Below, one piece after another: positions 19,201 through 20,000 of a DNA stretch of 20,000 bases. Source of the stretch: Trichomonas gallinae (lineage: Eukaryota). The DNA is taken from contig MRSU01011701.1 of the NCBI GenBank assembly GCA_008369845.1, positions 51,902 through 71,901 on the forward strand, read 5' to 3'. Position 1 is the stretch's first letter, and every line of letters begins with the position of its first letter. The position numbers were made by a program, and so were the translations under genes. The notes under the pieces were generated by a model. It saw nothing but the letters and a program-made list of their open reading frames with translations, was not told the DNA's origin and did no database searches.

Positions 19201-19773
19201 GGCATTTACTGCTTCTGTAATTGTAATGAGTTAAGAAATATTGTGATTCCGCCATCGCTTCCGTTGATTCCTAGCTTCGCATTCTGCAACACATCAATAA
19301 AAAAGATAAGATTTAATTATGAAACGACAATAGACAGGGATGCTTTCAACAATTGCAATCAACTCAGAACGATTGAAGCATTTGACTACTGCATTTTCAT
19401 GAAAGATTCATTCAAGTATTGTGATAACATCAAAACAGTTGTTTTCTATGAATATGTCACATTCACTGTTGAGACATTTTCAAATCTAAGAAATGCTTCT
19501 TTCTATTATTATGGTTTTAATGACGATTGCGATTCTGAAACTGATATAGAACTCAGAAGACTTGGAATTAGAACAATCAATGTTCTCAAAGGATATGCTG
19601 GAATGACTTATGGAAGCATTAGTGTTAACTATGCATGTAACATGTCATCATCTTCAACTGATGAAAAGTCTGATGTACCTCGCCCTGTTTATCCAAATAT
19701 AATTCGTCCATGTTCACAACATCCTTTCTATTCGTCTGCATATAGAATGGCAATGAAGATACGCAGAAATTAA
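16267..19773 (+). CDS. bspA: BspA-like surface antigen with TpLRR (LRR_5) leucine-rich repeats, 1168 aa, signal peptide, no evident transmembrane helix
   Basis: Signal peptide MIFLLLILSISYS. Many repeats of the I(G)xxAFxxCxxLxxIxxP type (IGSYAFDNCQNLESVSI, IDEKAFYWCTSLTSINI, IGNYAFHNCKYLNYTKLPNQLNEIGIYCFCNCNELRNIVIPPSL). The C-terminal FYYYG...INVLKGYAGMTYGSISV cap is typical of trichomonad BspA proteins. The stop codon overlaps TAAA. Confidence 0.93.
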   Translation: MIFLLLILSISYSEDYQGATTLIIRGRSLEILSTQPSNGIRENLLIENFRSIANNFLQNNNVIKYVTISDVRSIGSYAFDNCQNLESVSIHSYSVSIGNYTFRSCVNLSVFNTYIDFSLGEGCFKHCIRLTSPPRSSNLPLYCYYNCSSLTTVSVKSSVEHIYDWCFSYCTNLEKVIFERADQVLKIGKSFEHCPNFRTLVAYRTMAYFWPVEQHFPSIQNIENLEYITSGRVENSAFFIHFHILKNLKITCDSLVGNFPVLKNLDKLYINTASITNSAFERYTISELEFRGTYIGVSAFNTCQNLTTIKLPNIITIDEKAFYWCTSLTSINISETLITLERYAFYKCSSLRNVNITGKIQNIREYAFANCTNLETAFISTNSDLEFGQYTFDHCVAMNLINFSSMGDITANNYAFRYCLALEAYFSAGKVTIGEWSFRYCSKLAKVVLNAKKRAQIGANAFANLPNLQEFYILNSTVIAKIWDNVFDFCTNLRVFECNVPCDLSPRTFIGCKSLLNIVVSINLPPYCYSGCTSLTQVNISNLVDNVEDHCFQNCNNISYLFIEYHSRKSINFAYNVFEGLNILTLTSLRLMNFVGNYPGDFPKLLTSVKNFTMFTNNYNSRLVIRDPIKFTNLTYANITCTAIEGNAFYGIDKLNYLYFKGQSIESSVFKDCSNLQTVEAPDLRYCRDNAFRYCRKIKTIDAPRLTEIGLNAFGNCESLIEIKFTTYLTTISQYAFATCRTLYKLSFPYSLNLINRGAFGWCSNLTILIFEKSSSELNLVNEAFYLCNNVRILSIGRSINNHQNLPTSPQNVTIYNIPTVNTFRSLNSITHLFIGESCQRIEQGSFNSQRIIFIQFEASSNPIDIHEDAFDDIPELGTLIMERDIVNFNGMQRFHYSCHIELDRFKVIPDNGFQSFHHLRTIRTGSYIESIGNNAFQNLQQLNYVGLGPKLKKIGNYAFHNCKYLNYTKLPNQLNEIGIYCFCNCNELRNIVIPPSLPLIPSFAFCNTSIKKIRFNYETTIDRDAFNNCNQLRTIEAFDYCIFMKDSFKYCDNIKTVVFYEYVTFTVETFSNLRNASFYYYGFNDDCDSETDIELRRLGIRTINVLKGYAGMTYGSISVNYACNMSSSSTDEKSDVPRPVYPNIIRPCSQHPFYSSAYRMAMKIRRN

Positions 19774-20000
19774 ATCATTTAGTTTCATTATTTATATCCA
19801 AAATGCTGTAAAAAAAATTCTTAGTAAAAATTGTAAGTTAAAAATTATCCTGAAAGGTATGGAAACTTCGAAGGGATCTAGGAAATTGCCCTAAACTTCG
19901 CAGGTATTATATAGACACTATAAAGATACTATATGTATGATATCTAAGGATTTAAACAATTAGAAGTCTAGTTTGAATTTTCCCTAAATTATTTTTCTAT

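Noticed and set aside
19850..20000. Short recurrences (AAACTTCG x2, AGGTAT x2, CCCTAAA x2) near the right edge, possibly the end of a repeat or transposon
   Set aside because: Too short and truncated by the window; no terminal inverted repeat or target-site duplication can be established.

Overview
AT-rich, intron-less, gene-dense eukaryotic DNA that looks like Trichomonas vaginalis or a close parabasalid. This is inferred from a BspA-type LRR gene, TCAYTW initiator elements just upstream of ATGs and TAAA signals overlapping stop codons. There are six protein genes: (1) the 5' ~1831 codons of an axonemal dynein heavy chain (minus strand, DNAH1-like N-terminus, runs off the left edge and is missed by the ORF track); (2) a divergent importin-beta-like ARM/HEAT protein; (3) dynein light chain LC8; (4) a ~1376-aa HEAT-repeat protein resembling MROH1/HEATR7; (5) an exostosin/GT47-like glycosyltransferase with no usable ATG in front of its signal anchor (ATT sits where ATG is expected); (6) a 1168-aa BspA-like TpLRR surface protein with a large internal duplication. 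Three intergenic regions each hold an unrelated, imperfect 114-145 bp tandem duplication. The divergent promoter at ~13940-14430 has a dense cluster of TGACA/TGTCA motifs next to each gene start. No RNA gene, transposase or CRISPR array was recognised.
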